Under the pieces are notes generated by a model. That model did no database searches. It had not been told where the DNA came from and saw nothing but the letters and a program-made list of their open reading frames with translations. This document shows, piece after piece, positions 8,158 to 19,058 of a DNA stretch of 64,000 nt (its first letter is position 1; each line of letters begins with the position of its first letter). This DNA is from an uncultured delta proteobacterium (GTDB lineage: Bacteria > Desulfobacterota > Binatia > Binatales > Binataceae): assembly GCA_963794325.1 (NCBI GenBank), contig CAWCDG010000002.1:288001-352000 (forward strand), in the 5' to 3' direction. Made by a program: the position numbers and the translations under genes.

Positions 8158-9390
8158 ATGCTGAGTCCGGCCAATCGATGGTTCCCGCAGAGCGCCACGC
8201 GCGACGCACGCCTGCTGCTCTCGACGCGCGCGCTCCGCGGCCTTGCCGATGGAGCGGTCAGCGTGTTGCTGCCGGGCTACCTCACGGCGATCGGATTCAG
8301 TCCGCTGCGGGTCGGCGCAATCGTGTTCGGAACGCTGCTGGGATCGGCGGCGCTGACGCTATGGGTCGGGCTGGCCACCGATCGATTAGGACGGCGTCGA
8401 GTCCTGCTCGCGGCGTGCGTGCTGATGCTGCTGACTGGAATAGGATTCGCCATCACCGCGAGCTTCTGGCCGCTGTTCCTCGTCGCCGTAGTCGGCACGC
8501 TTAATCCCTCGGCCGGCGACGTCAGTCTGTTCCTGCCAGTCGAGCAGGCGGCATTGGCCGAAGCCGCCGATCCGCGCGATCTGACCGCGATGTTCGCGTT
8601 GTACAACGTCGCGGGCGCGATGGCTGGTGCATTCGGCGCACTCGCCAGCGGCATCCCCGCCATACTCGCCTCGCGCCACGGATGGGCCCTTGCGCCGGCG
8701 TTGCGCTCGGGCTTCGTCGCGTATTCGATCCTGGCGGTGATCGCTTTTTCGTTTTATCGGCGCCTCTCGCCCGACGTCGAAGTCGAGCGCCAGCCCATCA
8801 GGCGAGCGCCACTGGAAAAGTCGCGCGCAATCGTTATCCGGCTATCGGCGCTGTTCAGTATCGACGCGCTGGGCGGCGGATTCGTGATTCAGTCGCTGCT
8901 GGCGTTATGGCTATTCCGCCGCTTCAACCTTTCGATGGAGGTAGCTGGTGCATTTTTCTTTGCGGCAGGATTGCTCGGATCATTTTCACAATTCGTTTCG
9001 GCGGCGCTCGCGGCGCGGTTCGGCCGCATCAACACGATGGTGTTCAGCCATCTGCCGTCGAACGCGATGCTGATACTAGCGGCGCTGATGCCGACACCGG
9101 CGCTGGCAATGGGATTTTTGCTGCTTCGCTCTTCGACCTCGCAGATGGACGTTCCCGCACGCCAGTCGTACGTGATGGCGGTGGTGCCGCCCGAGGAGCG
9201 CGCCGCCGCAGCTACGGTGACGAATGTGCCGCGCAGCCTGGCGTCAGCACTTGCCCCGTTGCCGGCAGGCGCGATGCTGAATGCATCGAAATTTGGATGG
9301 CCGCTGATATGCGCGGGCGTTCTGAAAACAATCTACGACATCCTGCTGCTAATCCAGTTCCGCGCAGTAAAACCCACCGACGAATCTTGA
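8158..9390 (+). CDS. MFS transporter
   Basis: About 12 TM segments; motif A GLATDRLGRR. Confidence 0.88.
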   Translation: MLSPANRWFPQSATRDARLLLSTRALRGLADGAVSVLLPGYLTAIGFSPLRVGAIVFGTLLGSAALTLWVGLATDRLGRRRVLLAACVLMLLTGIGFAITASFWPLFLVAVVGTLNPSAGDVSLFLPVEQAALAEAADPRDLTAMFALYNVAGAMAGAFGALASGIPAILASRHGWALAPALRSGFVAYSILAVIAFSFYRRLSPDVEVERQPIRRAPLEKSRAIVIRLSALFSIDALGGGFVIQSLLALWLFRRFNLSMEVAGAFFFAAGLLGSFSQFVSAALAARFGRINTMVFSHLPSNAMLILAALMPTPALAMGFLLLRSSTSQMDVPARQSYVMAVVPPEERAAAATVTNVPRSLASALAPLPAGAMLNASKFGWPLICAGVLKTIYDILLLIQFRAVKPTDES

Positions 9391-9415
9391 TTCACGTTCG
9401 CTCCCAGTTCTGGTT

Positions 9416-9546
9416 CCCTCGCCCCTCGTGGGGAGAGGGTGAGGGACAACTGTGCGGCGCGATTGTCTGTTGCGCCGCACATTCTGAACGTTCAACTCGA
9501 TGCGAGGAACCTAACCCCTAACCCCTTCCCACGTGGGAAGGGGAAC
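9416..9546. repeat. inverted REP-like doublet (CCCCTAACCCCTTCCC family)
   Basis: CCCTCGCCCC-TCGT-GGGGAGAGGGTGAGGG at 9416-9445 and GGAACCTAACCCCTAACCCCTTCCC-ACGT-GGGAAGGGG at 9506-9543. Confidence 0.7.
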
Positions 9547-9606
9547 CGGATAAAAGCAGGACGCACGTCGGCCTCTGCTCACGAACGGGAGAGGCAATTG
9601 AAGAGG

Positions 9607-10473
9607 CTACGCGCGAAGCATCACGATGCCGTCGCGAACCGCGAGGCGGCCTTCGCCGCTCAGCGTCTCGAAGAATACGGCAGCGCCTTCGCGCGCCAGG
9701 ACGCGGACTGTGAGCACCGAAGGCATCGTCACCATTGCGCCGAAACGCGCCGTCACTCTTTCTACTCGCGCAGGATCCTTTCCCAGTTCGCTCTCGACAA
9801 TTCGCGACACCGCTAGCGCGAGCGTTGCAGTCCCGTGCAGGATGATCTCAGGCAGCCCCGCCGCTCGCGCCACCGCGGCGTCGGTGTGTATCGGATTAAA
9901 AATTCGCGCGCACTCCGTGTAGATGTGCGCCATCCCGGCGGGCACATCGACCTGGCATTCAGAAAGCGGCTCGCCTTCCTCGACGATCGGTTCCGATGGC
10001 GAGGGCGCAATCTTCGCCGCAGCATCCGGACCCTTCACTTCGACGCCGCGATAGATGGCGCCGTACCAACTCGTGCATACCGGCCTGCCGGCCTCATCGA
10101 CAGTGTCCAGCCGCGTGACCATGTAGGCGCCCGGCTTGCGCCGCTCGACGCCTGCGACGGTGAGCTGCGTAGTCAGCCGCTCGGGCGGCCGAATCGGACG
10201 ATATATTACGGTGTCGTGCGTCGCATGCACACCGCGCATCGCCTCATCGCGCGTAAGCGATGTGGTTTCCTCGAACTGCGCACGCATCGCGACCTGCACT
10301 GGCCATTCGAAGCAGACCGGGAACATCGGATGCGCGATCACGCCGCGAACCGTGTTCATGTAACAGGGGAATGCGTCGCCAAGCGCGGCGGCATAGGCCA
10401 TCGTCCAGCGCGAATCGATCTCGCTGACCATTGGCGCGCCGGCGCTCCCGACGATCGATGACTCCAGCGGCAT
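9607..10473 (-). CDS. MaoC-type double-hotdog (R)-hydratase/dehydratase
   Basis: NPIHTD...AGLPEIILHG hydratase-like motif; start taken at MPLESS. Confidence 0.8.
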   Translation of the reverse strand: MPLESSIVGSAGAPMVSEIDSRWTMAYAAALGDAFPCYMNTVRGVIAHPMFPVCFEWPVQVAMRAQFEETTSLTRDEAMRGVHATHDTVIYRPIRPPERLTTQLTVAGVERRKPGAYMVTRLDTVDEAGRPVCTSWYGAIYRGVEVKGPDAAAKIAPSPSEPIVEEGEPLSECQVDVPAGMAHIYTECARIFNPIHTDAAVARAAGLPEIILHGTATLALAVSRIVESELGKDPARVERVTARFGAMVTMPSVLTVRVLAREGAAVFFETLSGEGRLAVRDGIVMLRA

Positions 10474-10529
10474 AGCAGCTACATCTACCCGCGACGAATC
10501 GCCGCGTCCACCGCGCCGAGGATCATGGA

Positions 10530-10566
10530 GCATCTTTGACATCTGATGATTGATGCGTGATGATGG
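10530..10566 (+). promoter_or_regulatory. sigma70-like promoter with CATC/GATG operator repeats for vapBC
   Basis: TTGACA (10536-10541), 17 nt, GATGAT (10559-10564); ATG follows at 10570; GCATC...CATC-T-GATG...GATGC inverted repeats. Confidence 0.55.
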
Positions 10567-10569
10567 GCC

Positions 10570-10797
10570 ATGCGCACCACGTTGGACATAGATGAGGACG
10601 TTCTCGAATGCGCCAAGGAGCTCGCGGCAAGGCGGCGCACTACCGCGGGACGTGTTCTATCCGAGCTCGCGCGTAGCGCGCTGGCGCCTCGGGATCACTC
10701 CGCGCGCAAACGCAACGGGGTGCCGCTCCTGCCCAAGCAGCGAGGGACGCGGTTGGTCACACCGGAAATTGTAAATCGGCTCCGTGATGAGTCTTAG
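10570..10797 (+). CDS. vapB: RHH antitoxin (VapB family)
   Basis: MRTTLDIDEDVL...RNGVPLLP...VTPEIVNRLRD. Confidence 0.88.
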   Translation: MRTTLDIDEDVLECAKELAARRRTTAGRVLSELARSALAPRDHSARKRNGVPLLPKQRGTRLVTPEIVNRLRDES

Positions 10798-10811
10798 CAG
10801 CCATACTGCGG

Positions 10812-11249
10812 ATGATCGCTCTGCTTGACGTAAACGTCCTGGTGGCGCTGTTTGATCCCGTCCACTTGCACCACGAGGCGGCTCACCTGTGGTTCGGTCG
10901 CAATCGCAGCCACCGATGGGCGACTTGTCCGCTCACGGAAAACGCACTGGTCCGCGTACTGTCCAATGCGTCCTATCCCGGCCGCCGCACAACGGTAGTG
11001 GATGCAGCGGCGCGTTTGCGGGTCTTCTGTTCGGATCGTCTGCATGTCTTCTGGTCCGATTCGGTCAGCATTCGCGACAACGAGCGGTTCCGATGGAATC
11101 ACGTTCAAGGCTATCGCCAGCTAACTGACATTTACCTGCTAGCCCTCTCGGTATCGAACCAAGGCCGGCTGGCCACGTTCGATTCGACGATATCTCTTCG
11201 AGCGGTCCAGGGCGCGGCGCCGGATAATCTCGAACTCCTCGCAGCTTGA
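10812..11249 (+). CDS. vapC: PIN-domain toxin (VapC family)
   Basis: LLDVNVLVAL...WATCPLTE...TDIYLLAL...LATFD. Confidence 0.9.
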   Translation: MIALLDVNVLVALFDPVHLHHEAAHLWFGRNRSHRWATCPLTENALVRVLSNASYPGRRTTVVDAAARLRVFCSDRLHVFWSDSVSIRDNERFRWNHVQGYRQLTDIYLLALSVSNQGRLATFDSTISLRAVQGAAPDNLELLAA

Positions 11250-11285
11250 CGTCTGCTTTGTCTGAGAGAGACCCGTAGCTGAGGG

Positions 11286-13676
11286 CTACGAAGTGGCCAT
11301 GTGGCTGAGCCTGCTGCGTACCATGGCATCGAGCTTTTCTGCGAGCACGTCCAGCTTAACGGGTTTGCTCAAGTAGTCGTCCATGCCGGCGTTCAGGCAT
11401 TTTCCGCGATCGTCTTCCGTGGCGTGCGCCGTCAAAGCAATTACCGCAGTATGCTGGGCGGTTCCTTCGCGCCGTCTAATCTCGGCGACCGCCTGGTATC
11501 CGTCCATCTCGGGCATCTCGCAATCCATCAGGACAATATCGCAGCCACCGCTCGATACGACTTCCAACCCGCGCTGCGCGCTCTCGGCGATTTCCGCGGT
11601 ATAACCGAGTGCAGAAAGCTGCTTCGCCCCAATGGTTCGATTCACCTGATTGTCGTCAACCAACAGCACCCGCACTGCCTTGCGCCACTCCGGGATTTTA
11701 TTGCCAGTGGGGACGACCGGTGCAGTAGCGATTTTCTCGGCACGAAGGCGATCGGTATTTCCATTCAAGTCCAGCAGACAACTGAACAGATGCGACGGAC
11801 GCACCGGCTTGGTAATCCATGCATCCACGGGTGCGCCCGCACTCCGCGGCCCGTCCTCCGCGCTGAACATGATCACCTTCCTCGGTCTGACATTTGGATG
11901 ATCCTTGATCGCGCGCGCGAGTCTGAGCGCGCCCATGTCAGGGGTCTGCTCGTCGATAAGCACCACGAGTTGCTTCTCGTCGCCGGCCGCCTCCCGCTGC
12001 AACATCTCCAGCGCTTCGGCCCCGCTGCTGACGGCCTCGTTCTCAATTCCCCACGGCGTGAGGTATTCGGAGATAACCCGGCGACTGGCAGGGCTGTCGT
12101 TGACGACGATCGCCCGCATTCCGTCGAAGCACGGGACCTCCGTCGCAGCCATCCATGGACGAACAATCTCCGATCCCTTCTCGAAACGCGCGGTGAAATG
12201 AAAGTTCGAGCCTTTTCCGGACTCACTCTCAAATCCGATTTCGCCGCCCATTTGTTCGGTCAATTTCGCCGCGATTACGAGGCCGAGTCCGGTGCCGCCG
12301 AAGCGCCGGCTGGTCGATCCTTCCGCCTGGACAAACGGTTGAAACAGCCGTCCCTGCGCCGCCAATGGAATTCCAATCCCCGTGTCCACGACCTCGAACC
12401 GCACCAGCACGTCGCCTGCGGTTTCTTCCGCCCTGGTGGCTCGAACTGTTACCTCGCCGCGCTCGGTGAACTTGATCGCGTTCGCTACCAGGTTGTTCAG
12501 AATCTGGCGCAGCCTGCTCTGATCTCCGCGCAGGCCGGTCGGCATATGTATGTCCGCGTGCAGCGCGAGCTCGATCCCTTTGGCGCGAGCGGTCGAGGCA
12601 AAGGAATCGACTAAAGTTTCGGTCAGCTCGACGAGGTCGAAGTCGAGCTTCTCCAGCACGAACTTGCCGGCGGCGAGTTTGGAGAAGTCGAGGATGTCGT
12701 TGACCACGGTCAGCAACAGCTCGCCGCTCGATCGAATGATCTCAGTCAGGCGGCGCTGCTCGGGCGTCAAATCGGAACGCGTCAGCAGCTCGCCCGTTCC
12801 GATGATTCCAGTGAGCGGGGTGCGAATCTCATGGCTCATACTGGCCAGGAAATCCGAGCGCAGACGCGCTGTTTCGAGAGCAAGATCGCGCACGGAATCG
12901 CGCGCACGATTGGCCTCTTCCTCGGCGAGCTTGCGGCTGGTCACGTCCACCAGCACCCCTTCCCAGTGTCCGACTTTGCCTGCCGCGTCATAAACCGCGC
13001 GCGCACTCTGCTCGCACCAGATAATGCTGCCGTCGCGCCGGCGCATCTCCATCTCGAAATTCTTGACGACGCCCTCTTTTTCGATGACCGCCTCGAACCG
13101 GGCACGCTCCTGCGGTCGCAACCATAGCTCTGCGACGTCCGCCTTTTTGAGACTGTCGCCATCCTGGAATCCCAGCATATCGATCAGGGCCGGATTGAAC
13201 TCGAGAATGTCTCCAGCCGGCGAAATTCTGAACAGTCCCACCGGCACGCGATCGACCAGGCTGCGATAGCGCGCCTCTGCGCGGTTGCGCTCGACTCGCA
13301 CTTCGGAGTCGCGCAGCTCGCGCTCGACTGCGAGCGGCAGCCGCGCCAGGTTGCTCTTCAATACGTAGTCATCTGCGCCGCGCTTCATCGCTTCCACGGC
13401 TACATCCTCGCCCACCGTTCCCGAGACCAGGATGAACGGCAGGTCGAGTCCGGTCTCGCGCAGCATCTTCAATGCCGCCAGCCCGTTGAAGCGCGGCATC
13501 GAGTAGTCGGCGATAACCAGGTCCCAGTTTCCCTCCCCGAGCGCCGATTGCATTGCTTCCGGCGTGTCGACCCGCTCGTAGCTGAGGTCGCAACCGCCTT
13601 GCCGCAGCGCCCGCACCGCTAGCTCGGCGTCGTCCAGCGAATCATCTACGATCAGGATGCGCCGCGTGTCGTTCAA
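11286..13676 (-). CDS. hybrid histidine kinase (REC-PAS-HisKA-HATPase-REC-REC)
   Basis: FLASMSHEIRTPL H-box, NAIKFT, DTGIGI, GGTGLGL; receiver motifs at both ends. Confidence 0.93.
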   Translation of the reverse strand: MNDTRRILIVDDSLDDAELAVRALRQGGCDLSYERVDTPEAMQSALGEGNWDLVIADYSMPRFNGLAALKMLRETGLDLPFILVSGTVGEDVAVEAMKRGADDYVLKSNLARLPLAVERELRDSEVRVERNRAEARYRSLVDRVPVGLFRISPAGDILEFNPALIDMLGFQDGDSLKKADVAELWLRPQERARFEAVIEKEGVVKNFEMEMRRRDGSIIWCEQSARAVYDAAGKVGHWEGVLVDVTSRKLAEEEANRARDSVRDLALETARLRSDFLASMSHEIRTPLTGIIGTGELLTRSDLTPEQRRLTEIIRSSGELLLTVVNDILDFSKLAAGKFVLEKLDFDLVELTETLVDSFASTARAKGIELALHADIHMPTGLRGDQSRLRQILNNLVANAIKFTERGEVTVRATRAEETAGDVLVRFEVVDTGIGIPLAAQGRLFQPFVQAEGSTSRRFGGTGLGLVIAAKLTEQMGGEIGFESESGKGSNFHFTARFEKGSEIVRPWMAATEVPCFDGMRAIVVNDSPASRRVISEYLTPWGIENEAVSSGAEALEMLQREAAGDEKQLVVLIDEQTPDMGALRLARAIKDHPNVRPRKVIMFSAEDGPRSAGAPVDAWITKPVRPSHLFSCLLDLNGNTDRLRAEKIATAPVVPTGNKIPEWRKAVRVLLVDDNQVNRTIGAKQLSALGYTAEIAESAQRGLEVVSSGGCDIVLMDCEMPEMDGYQAVAEIRRREGTAQHTAVIALTAHATEDDRGKCLNAGMDDYLSKPVKLDVLAEKLDAMVRSRLSHMATS

Positions 13677-14128
13677 TTGCCGTTCCCCAAGCCGTATTCA
13701 GGCCTTTCGTTAAGGACCAGCCAGTACAGGCCGAGCTGCAGGACCGCATCGACGAACTGCTGAAAGTCGACCGGCTTACGGACGTAGCTGTTGGCGCCAA
13801 AGCCATAGCCGTTCACGATGTCCTGCTGCTCTTTGGAGGAGGTCAGGATAACCACCGCGAGCAGCTTCGTCCGCGCATCCGCACGGAGCCTCTTCAAGAC
13901 CTCGAAACCGTCCAGCTTGGGAAGCTTCAAATCCAGCAGGATTAGTTCCGGCTGTTCGCTAGTGTCGCGATTCGCATACGTTCCCGTGCCGAACAGGTAG
14001 TCGAGCGCCTCGACCCCGTCGCGCGCGACCACGATCATATTGGTGATTTTGTTCTTCCTGAGCGCGCGCATCGTCAGCGCTTCGTCGTCAGCGTTATCTT
14101 CCACCAGCAGGATTACCCGCTCTTTCAT
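13673..14128 (-). CDS. single-domain response regulator (Rcp1-like)
   Basis: [27 protein letters not shown]. Confidence 0.92.
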   Translation of the reverse strand: MKERVILLVEDNADDEALTMRALRKNKITNMIVVARDGVEALDYLFGTGTYANRDTSEQPELILLDLKLPKLDGFEVLKRLRADARTKLLAVVILTSSKEQQDIVNGYGFGANSYVRKPVDFQQFVDAVLQLGLYWLVLNERPEYGLGNGN

Positions 14129-15695
14129 CGTTGCCCCCTTGCTTGCCTTCGAGCGTAAATGAAAATGTCGCGCCCTTGCCTTCCGCGCCTTCAGCCGAGA
14201 CTCGGCCGCCGTGGCGCCTGATGATCCGTTGAACCGTCGCCAGTCCGACTCCGGTGCCGGGGAATTCCGATGCGGTATGAAGCCGCTGGAAGGCGCCGAA
14301 CAGCTTCTTGGAATAAGTCATGTCGAAGCCGGCGCCATTGTCGCGGACAAAATAGACCGACTCGCCACCTTGATCGGTCGCCGCGAATTCGATCATTGCC
14401 CGCGGCGTCTTGCTGGTGAACTTCCAGGCGTTGCCGAGCAGATTTTCGAGCAGCGAGCGAAGTAGAAGCGGATCCCCATGGCGGGCGACCAAATGTTCCT
14501 GGACTACACACTCGACCTGGCGACTCGGATCGGCCCTTCGGCAGTCGGCAAGGATAGCATTCGCCAACGCGGTCAGATCGACCGCTTCGGCGCGCATCTC
14601 GCTGCGCGTCACGAAAGCCAGCTTGATCAGATCGTCGATCAGTTGGGCCATGCGCTGAGTGGCCGCCCGGATTCGATTGAGATGTCCGATACCCTCCTGA
14701 TCGAGCTGGTCGGCATAGTCCTCGATCAGCGCCGAGCTGAAGCCGTCGATACTGCGCAACGGCGCGCGAAGGTCGTGCGATACCGAATACGAGAACGCCT
14801 CCAGTTCCTTATTGACGACTTCGAGCTGCGAGGCATGTCGCCGCTCGGATTCGCCGAGCGTCCGCACTGCTGCCTCGGCCTCCTTGCGCTCGGTGATGTC
14901 GCGCGAAACCTTGCTGAAGCCGCGCAGCTCGCCCTTCGAGTCGTGCATTGTGGTGACGATCACGTCGGCCCAAAAGCGGGAACCGTCCTTGCGCACCCGC
15001 CATCCTTCGTTCTCGAAGCGACCGTTAAGCAGCGCCATCTCCAGCTCGTGCGCGGGCTCGCCGGCCTCGACGTCCGCGGCCGCGTAAAAGCGACTGATGT
15101 GGTGGCCAATAATCTCCTCGGCGGTGTAGCCATTGATTCGCTGCGCACCTTCGTTCCAGCTGACGACCCGGCCCTGCGGATCGAGCATCAGGATCGCGTA
15201 GTCTTTGACCCCCTGGACCAGCAGCCGAAAGCGTTCCTCGGTCTGCGACATTTTCTCTTCGATCAGCTTGCGATCGGTGATGTCGCGGATGGCGCCGAAG
15301 ACGAGCGGGCCCTCCCCGGTCTCGAGCGGGCTCAGGCTGATCTCGATTGGAAATTCGGTGCCGTCTTTACGCAGGCCGTAGAGCTCCAGGCCGGAGCCCA
15401 TCGCACGCACCTTCGGATTGGCGAAATAACCGTCGCGATGCTGCGGATGCTTATTGCGGAAGCGCGAGGGTATCAGCATCTCGACCGTGTTGCCGAGCAA
15501 CTCGGCGCGCGCGTAGCCGAAGAGCTTTTCGGTCTGCGCATTGACCAGCGAGATGCGACCGTCCTTGCCTACGATCACCATCGCGTCAGGCGCCGACTCG
15601 AGCAGCGCGCGAAACTTGTCATCCGTGCGCTGACGCTCAGTGACTCGACGAGGCAACTCCGCGTGGCCTGGTTTCGGGTGGAGGTCTTCGCTCAC
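14094..15695 (-). CDS. PAS-PAS sensor histidine kinase
   Basis: Two PAS/PAC repeats; [18 protein letters not shown]-box; NAWKF, DNGAGF, GTGVGL. Confidence 0.92.
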   Translation of the reverse strand: MSEDLHPKPGHAELPRRVTERQRTDDKFRALLESAPDAMVIVGKDGRISLVNAQTEKLFGYARAELLGNTVEMLIPSRFRNKHPQHRDGYFANPKVRAMGSGLELYGLRKDGTEFPIEISLSPLETGEGPLVFGAIRDITDRKLIEEKMSQTEERFRLLVQGVKDYAILMLDPQGRVVSWNEGAQRINGYTAEEIIGHHISRFYAAADVEAGEPAHELEMALLNGRFENEGWRVRKDGSRFWADVIVTTMHDSKGELRGFSKVSRDITERKEAEAAVRTLGESERRHASQLEVVNKELEAFSYSVSHDLRAPLRSIDGFSSALIEDYADQLDQEGIGHLNRIRAATQRMAQLIDDLIKLAFVTRSEMRAEAVDLTALANAILADCRRADPSRQVECVVQEHLVARHGDPLLLRSLLENLLGNAWKFTSKTPRAMIEFAATDQGGESVYFVRDNGAGFDMTYSKKLFGAFQRLHTASEFPGTGVGLATVQRIIRRHGGRVSAEGAEGKGATFSFTLEGKQGGNDERAGNPAGGR

Positions 15696-15959
15696 TGATT
15701 GTTGTCCTCTCTTCTGTGGGTAAGGGACGGCTCATTCCAAGAGTCCAAGATTCATGCCGCGCGACGCGAATCGCTGGGCGCGCCGCAAGCCAACGGAAGA
15801 GAGGTCTGATGACATTCAGATGCCAGCGGCGGCATAAAAATGCCGCGACAAAACTGAGAGTCAGCCGCCAGACATGCCTGACGTTTGCGCGCAGCCCGTA
15901 CCCGAGGCGCCAAATTGCTCCGGGCAGGCTGGGAGAGAACTGACCAGCGAGGCCGCTGT

Positions 15960-16406
15960 CTAAAGGAAGCTGCCGAGCGTTCCCTGGCCTTCAAGCTGGA
16001 CTTGCTGGGGACTGTTCGGCGCCGAGTCGTTAAACGTCAGGCCATCGGGGGCGTTGACCTTGCCGCTGACCATTGGATGGAACACGACCTCGACTTTGCA
16101 CGACCTGCTGGGCGGCAGCGGCGCCCCGGAGCATTTGTCGCTTTGTATCGAGAAGGTCTCCGCAGCGACGATACTGGTAAAAGTGATAGCCGAGCTGGAT
16201 TTGTTCGTGACAGTTACAATCAGCGGCGTACTATCCTTGGTGGCAGTGACCTGGCCGAAGTTATGCGTCGCCGGATTGAGCTTCAGCACGGCACCCGAGT
16301 CCGCGCCAACGACTGAGCGACCGGCGACGATCGTGGTCGCCAGTATCAACGCAGTCACCAGTATCGATCCGGAAAATGCGGTCCGAGTCGGTCTCGATAA
16401 AAACAT
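15960..16406 (-). CDS. secreted Ig-like (ASH/choice-of-anchor-D-like) domain protein
   Basis: Hydrophobic signal; HNFGQV...VTVTN...SCKVEVVFHP...PQQVQLEGQG pattern. Confidence 0.65.
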   Translation of the reverse strand: MFLSRPTRTAFSGSILVTALILATTIVAGRSVVGADSGAVLKLNPATHNFGQVTATKDSTPLIVTVTNKSSSAITFTSIVAAETFSIQSDKCSGAPLPPSRSCKVEVVFHPMVSGKVNAPDGLTFNDSAPNSPQQVQLEGQGTLGSFL

Positions 16407-16443
16407 AGCGTCCCCCCCGAGACGCCCCTGGTAGAGAGCGCCT

Positions 16444-16480
16444 GTACGACGATAGTACTAAAACAGTACAATATGTACTG
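16444..16480. promoter_or_regulatory. palindromic operator-like site
   Basis: CAGTACA-ATA-TGTACTG at 16464-16480; GTAC at 16444, 16455, 16466 and 16475. Confidence 0.45.
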
Positions 16481-16527
16481 AAGGAGAATCGACCACGCAA
16501 GAGCCGGACCTACTTGTGCAGCCTCTG

Positions 16528-18165
16528 CTAGCCTTTGCGGCGGGCGCGATATCTCCGAATCAGCGCATTCGTCGAGCTGTCGTGCTTTAGGTCGGGTTCC
16601 TTCGCCGATTCCAGCTCCGGGATTATTTTTTGCGCCAGCATCTTGCCTAGCTCCACTCCCCATTGATCGAAAGAATCTATGTTCCAGATTGTGCCTTGGG
16701 TGAAGACGCTATGCTCGTAGAGAGCTACCAGTTTGCCTAAGGTCTCGGGAGTCAGCTCGTCGGCCAGGATTACTGTCGATGGCCTATTGCCTTCGAATAC
16801 TCGATGAGGCACTAGCCAGTCTGGAGTACCTTCGGCCTTTACCTGCTCGGGAGTTTTACCGAAGGCCAGCGCTTCTGCTTGTGCGAATATGTTGGAGAGC
16901 AACAGGTCATGATGCCGTCCTAGTGGATTAAGGGCGCGGCAGAATCCTATGAAGTCGCATGGGATAAGTTTCGTGCCTTGGTGGATTAGCTGGTAGAACG
17001 AATGCTGGCCGTTGGTGCCGGGCTCGCCCCAATAGATAGGTCCGGTCTGGTAATCGACCGGCGCACCTTCCAGAGTTACGTGCTTGCCGTTCGATTCCAT
17101 CGTTAGCTGTTGCAGATAGGCGGGAAAGCGCTTCAGGTATTGCTCATAGGGTAGCACGGCACAGGTTTGTGCGTCGAAGAAGTCGTTGTACCAGACACCT
17201 AGCAGACCCATCAGGACCGGCAGGTTGCGCGCGAACGGCGCGGTGCGGAAATGCTCGTCGATGGCATGGAAGCCTGACAGCATCGCGCGGAAATTGTCGG
17301 CGCCGACCGCGATCATCGTGGACAATCCTATCGCGGAGTCCATCGAATAGCGGCCGCCAACCCAATCCCAGAAGCCGAACATATTCTTCGTATCGATACC
17401 GAACTTCGTCACCTCGGCAGCATTGGTCGAGACGGCGACGAAATGCTTCGCGACCGCCTTCTCGTCGCCGAGCGCCTTGAGACTCCAATCGCGCGCAGTG
17501 TGCGCATTGGTCATCGTCTCGAGCGTGGTGAAAGTCTTCGACGAAATGATGAACAGCGTCTCGGCCGGGTCGAGGTCGCGGGTGGCCTCGGCGAAATCGG
17601 TGCCATCGACGTTCGAGACGAAGCGCACCGTCAGGTTGCGGTCGCTGTAATGACGCAGCGCCTCGTAAGCCATGACCGGGCCGAGGTCGGATCCGCCGAT
17701 ACCTACATTAATGATGTTGCGGATGCGCTTGCCGGTGTGGCCCTTCCACGAGCCGTCGCGGATGCGCGCGGAAAAATCCGCCATCCGATCGAGCACCTCG
17801 TGGACTTTGGGCACCACATCATCGCCGTCGACGCCGATCGAAGTTCCACGCGGCGCGCGCAACGCGATATGCAGCACGGCGCGCTTCTCGGTGACGTTTA
17901 TCTTCTCGCCACGGAACATCGCGTCGATGCGTCCGCGGAGTCCCGCCTCGTCGGCCAGCGCCAGCAGCAGCCGCAGAGTCTCGTCAGTCACGCGATGCTT
18001 GGAGTAGTCGAAGTACAGGCCGGCGGCCTCCACGACGAGGCGCTCGCCGCGCTTGGGATCTTCGGCGAACATCGCGCGCAGGTGGCGGCTGCGAATCTCA
18101 TTGTAATGGGCCTGCAAGGCTTTCCACGCAGGGCGATTGGTTAGCGAAGCTGATGTTGATGGCAC
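16528..18165 (-). CDS. pgi: glucose-6-phosphate isomerase
   Basis: [43 protein letters not shown]. Confidence 0.97.
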   Translation of the reverse strand: MPSTSASLTNRPAWKALQAHYNEIRSRHLRAMFAEDPKRGERLVVEAAGLYFDYSKHRVTDETLRLLLALADEAGLRGRIDAMFRGEKINVTEKRAVLHIALRAPRGTSIGVDGDDVVPKVHEVLDRMADFSARIRDGSWKGHTGKRIRNIINVGIGGSDLGPVMAYEALRHYSDRNLTVRFVSNVDGTDFAEATRDLDPAETLFIISSKTFTTLETMTNAHTARDWSLKALGDEKAVAKHFVAVSTNAAEVTKFGIDTKNMFGFWDWVGGRYSMDSAIGLSTMIAVGADNFRAMLSGFHAIDEHFRTAPFARNLPVLMGLLGVWYNDFFDAQTCAVLPYEQYLKRFPAYLQQLTMESNGKHVTLEGAPVDYQTGPIYWGEPGTNGQHSFYQLIHQGTKLIPCDFIGFCRALNPLGRHHDLLLSNIFAQAEALAFGKTPEQVKAEGTPDWLVPHRVFEGNRPSTVILADELTPETLGKLVALYEHSVFTQGTIWNIDSFDQWGVELGKMLAQKIIPELESAKEPDLKHDSSTNALIRRYRARRKG

Positions 18166-18178
18166 AGCGGACTCCTTC

Positions 18179-19042
18179 TTAATTCGACGGAATAAATTCC
18201 GTCCTACTTCCGAGAGGAGATGAAAGACTTTGCGGCGCGAGCATCTGGAACATGATTAGCGCTGCGGGCACGAGGTAAAAAATCGAGCCTGGCACCCACA
18301 TGATAGCGCCGGCGACAATCTGGTCGCCAAGGGGAGTGAAGCCCGCGACCTGCGGCGCGCTCGCGTAGTACGGATAGATCAACCGATCGGAAAACATGAA
18401 GAGCGCAGCGAGGATGGTGTTCTGGCCGTCCGCCAGCAGGAGATAAGGAAGCATCGCCCATCGAGGCCATCGCGCGAAGCTCGGCCACGGCTGGACGACC
18501 GGGTACCAGAACATCAGCGCAGTCGTGAAGAAGCATGCGTGCTCGACTACGTGCCATCCGTCGGATCGAAGTGCCAGCTGAAACGTCGCGGGCAGATGCC
18601 ATACCCAGGTCGCTGCGACGAATGCGATCCAGCATACGAGCGGATTGGTCAGCCAATCAAAGATGCGTCGGACCGCCCGCGAGCGCAGCAGCGGGCCGAC
18701 GACGGCTTTCGCGATGCGCGGCGGCAAGCCGCGCACCAGCGGGATCGCCGGCGCGCCATCGAGCAGCAGTGACGGCGCGACCATCATCAAGATGAGATGT
18801 TGGGTCATATGGACCTGCAACAGCAGGTCGTCGAGGGCCTCGAGCGGCGAGGCGATCGCGACGAGTAGCGTCGCGATGCCGGCGAGGAACGCCGCCAGAT
18901 GCCGGCGCGCGAAGCGCGTCGGCATCTGGCGATGCAGGCGCGCGAAGCCGCGCGCGTAGAGCGCGGCGATCGCGAGCAACGCCGCGATCGTGGCGACGGG
19001 CGGCGTCCACGAATCGAGGGCGGTTTGGATCGCGGAATTCAT
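18179..19042 (-). CDS. ctaG: caa3-type cytochrome c oxidase assembly factor (CtaG family)
   Basis: [35 protein letters not shown]; start at MNSAIQ. Confidence 0.85.
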   Translation of the reverse strand: MNSAIQTALDSWTPPVATIAALLAIAALYARGFARLHRQMPTRFARRHLAAFLAGIATLLVAIASPLEALDDLLLQVHMTQHLILMMVAPSLLLDGAPAIPLVRGLPPRIAKAVVGPLLRSRAVRRIFDWLTNPLVCWIAFVAATWVWHLPATFQLALRSDGWHVVEHACFFTTALMFWYPVVQPWPSFARWPRWAMLPYLLLADGQNTILAALFMFSDRLIYPYYASAPQVAGFTPLGDQIVAGAIMWVPGSIFYLVPAALIMFQMLAPQSLSSPLGSRTEFIPSN

Positions 19043-19058
19043 TTCATGAATTCCGCGA

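Noticed and set aside
9416-9546. CRISPR or telomere-like CCCTAA repeats
   Set aside because: No repeat-spacer periodicity and no cas genes; the dispersed hairpin copies fit REP elements
11301-15698. Long antisense ORFs (e.g. 11301-12614, 14478-15698; also 31131-32522 and 43997-45430)
   Set aside because: Shadow frames opposite well-supported genes in GC-rich DNA, with no recognisable motifs
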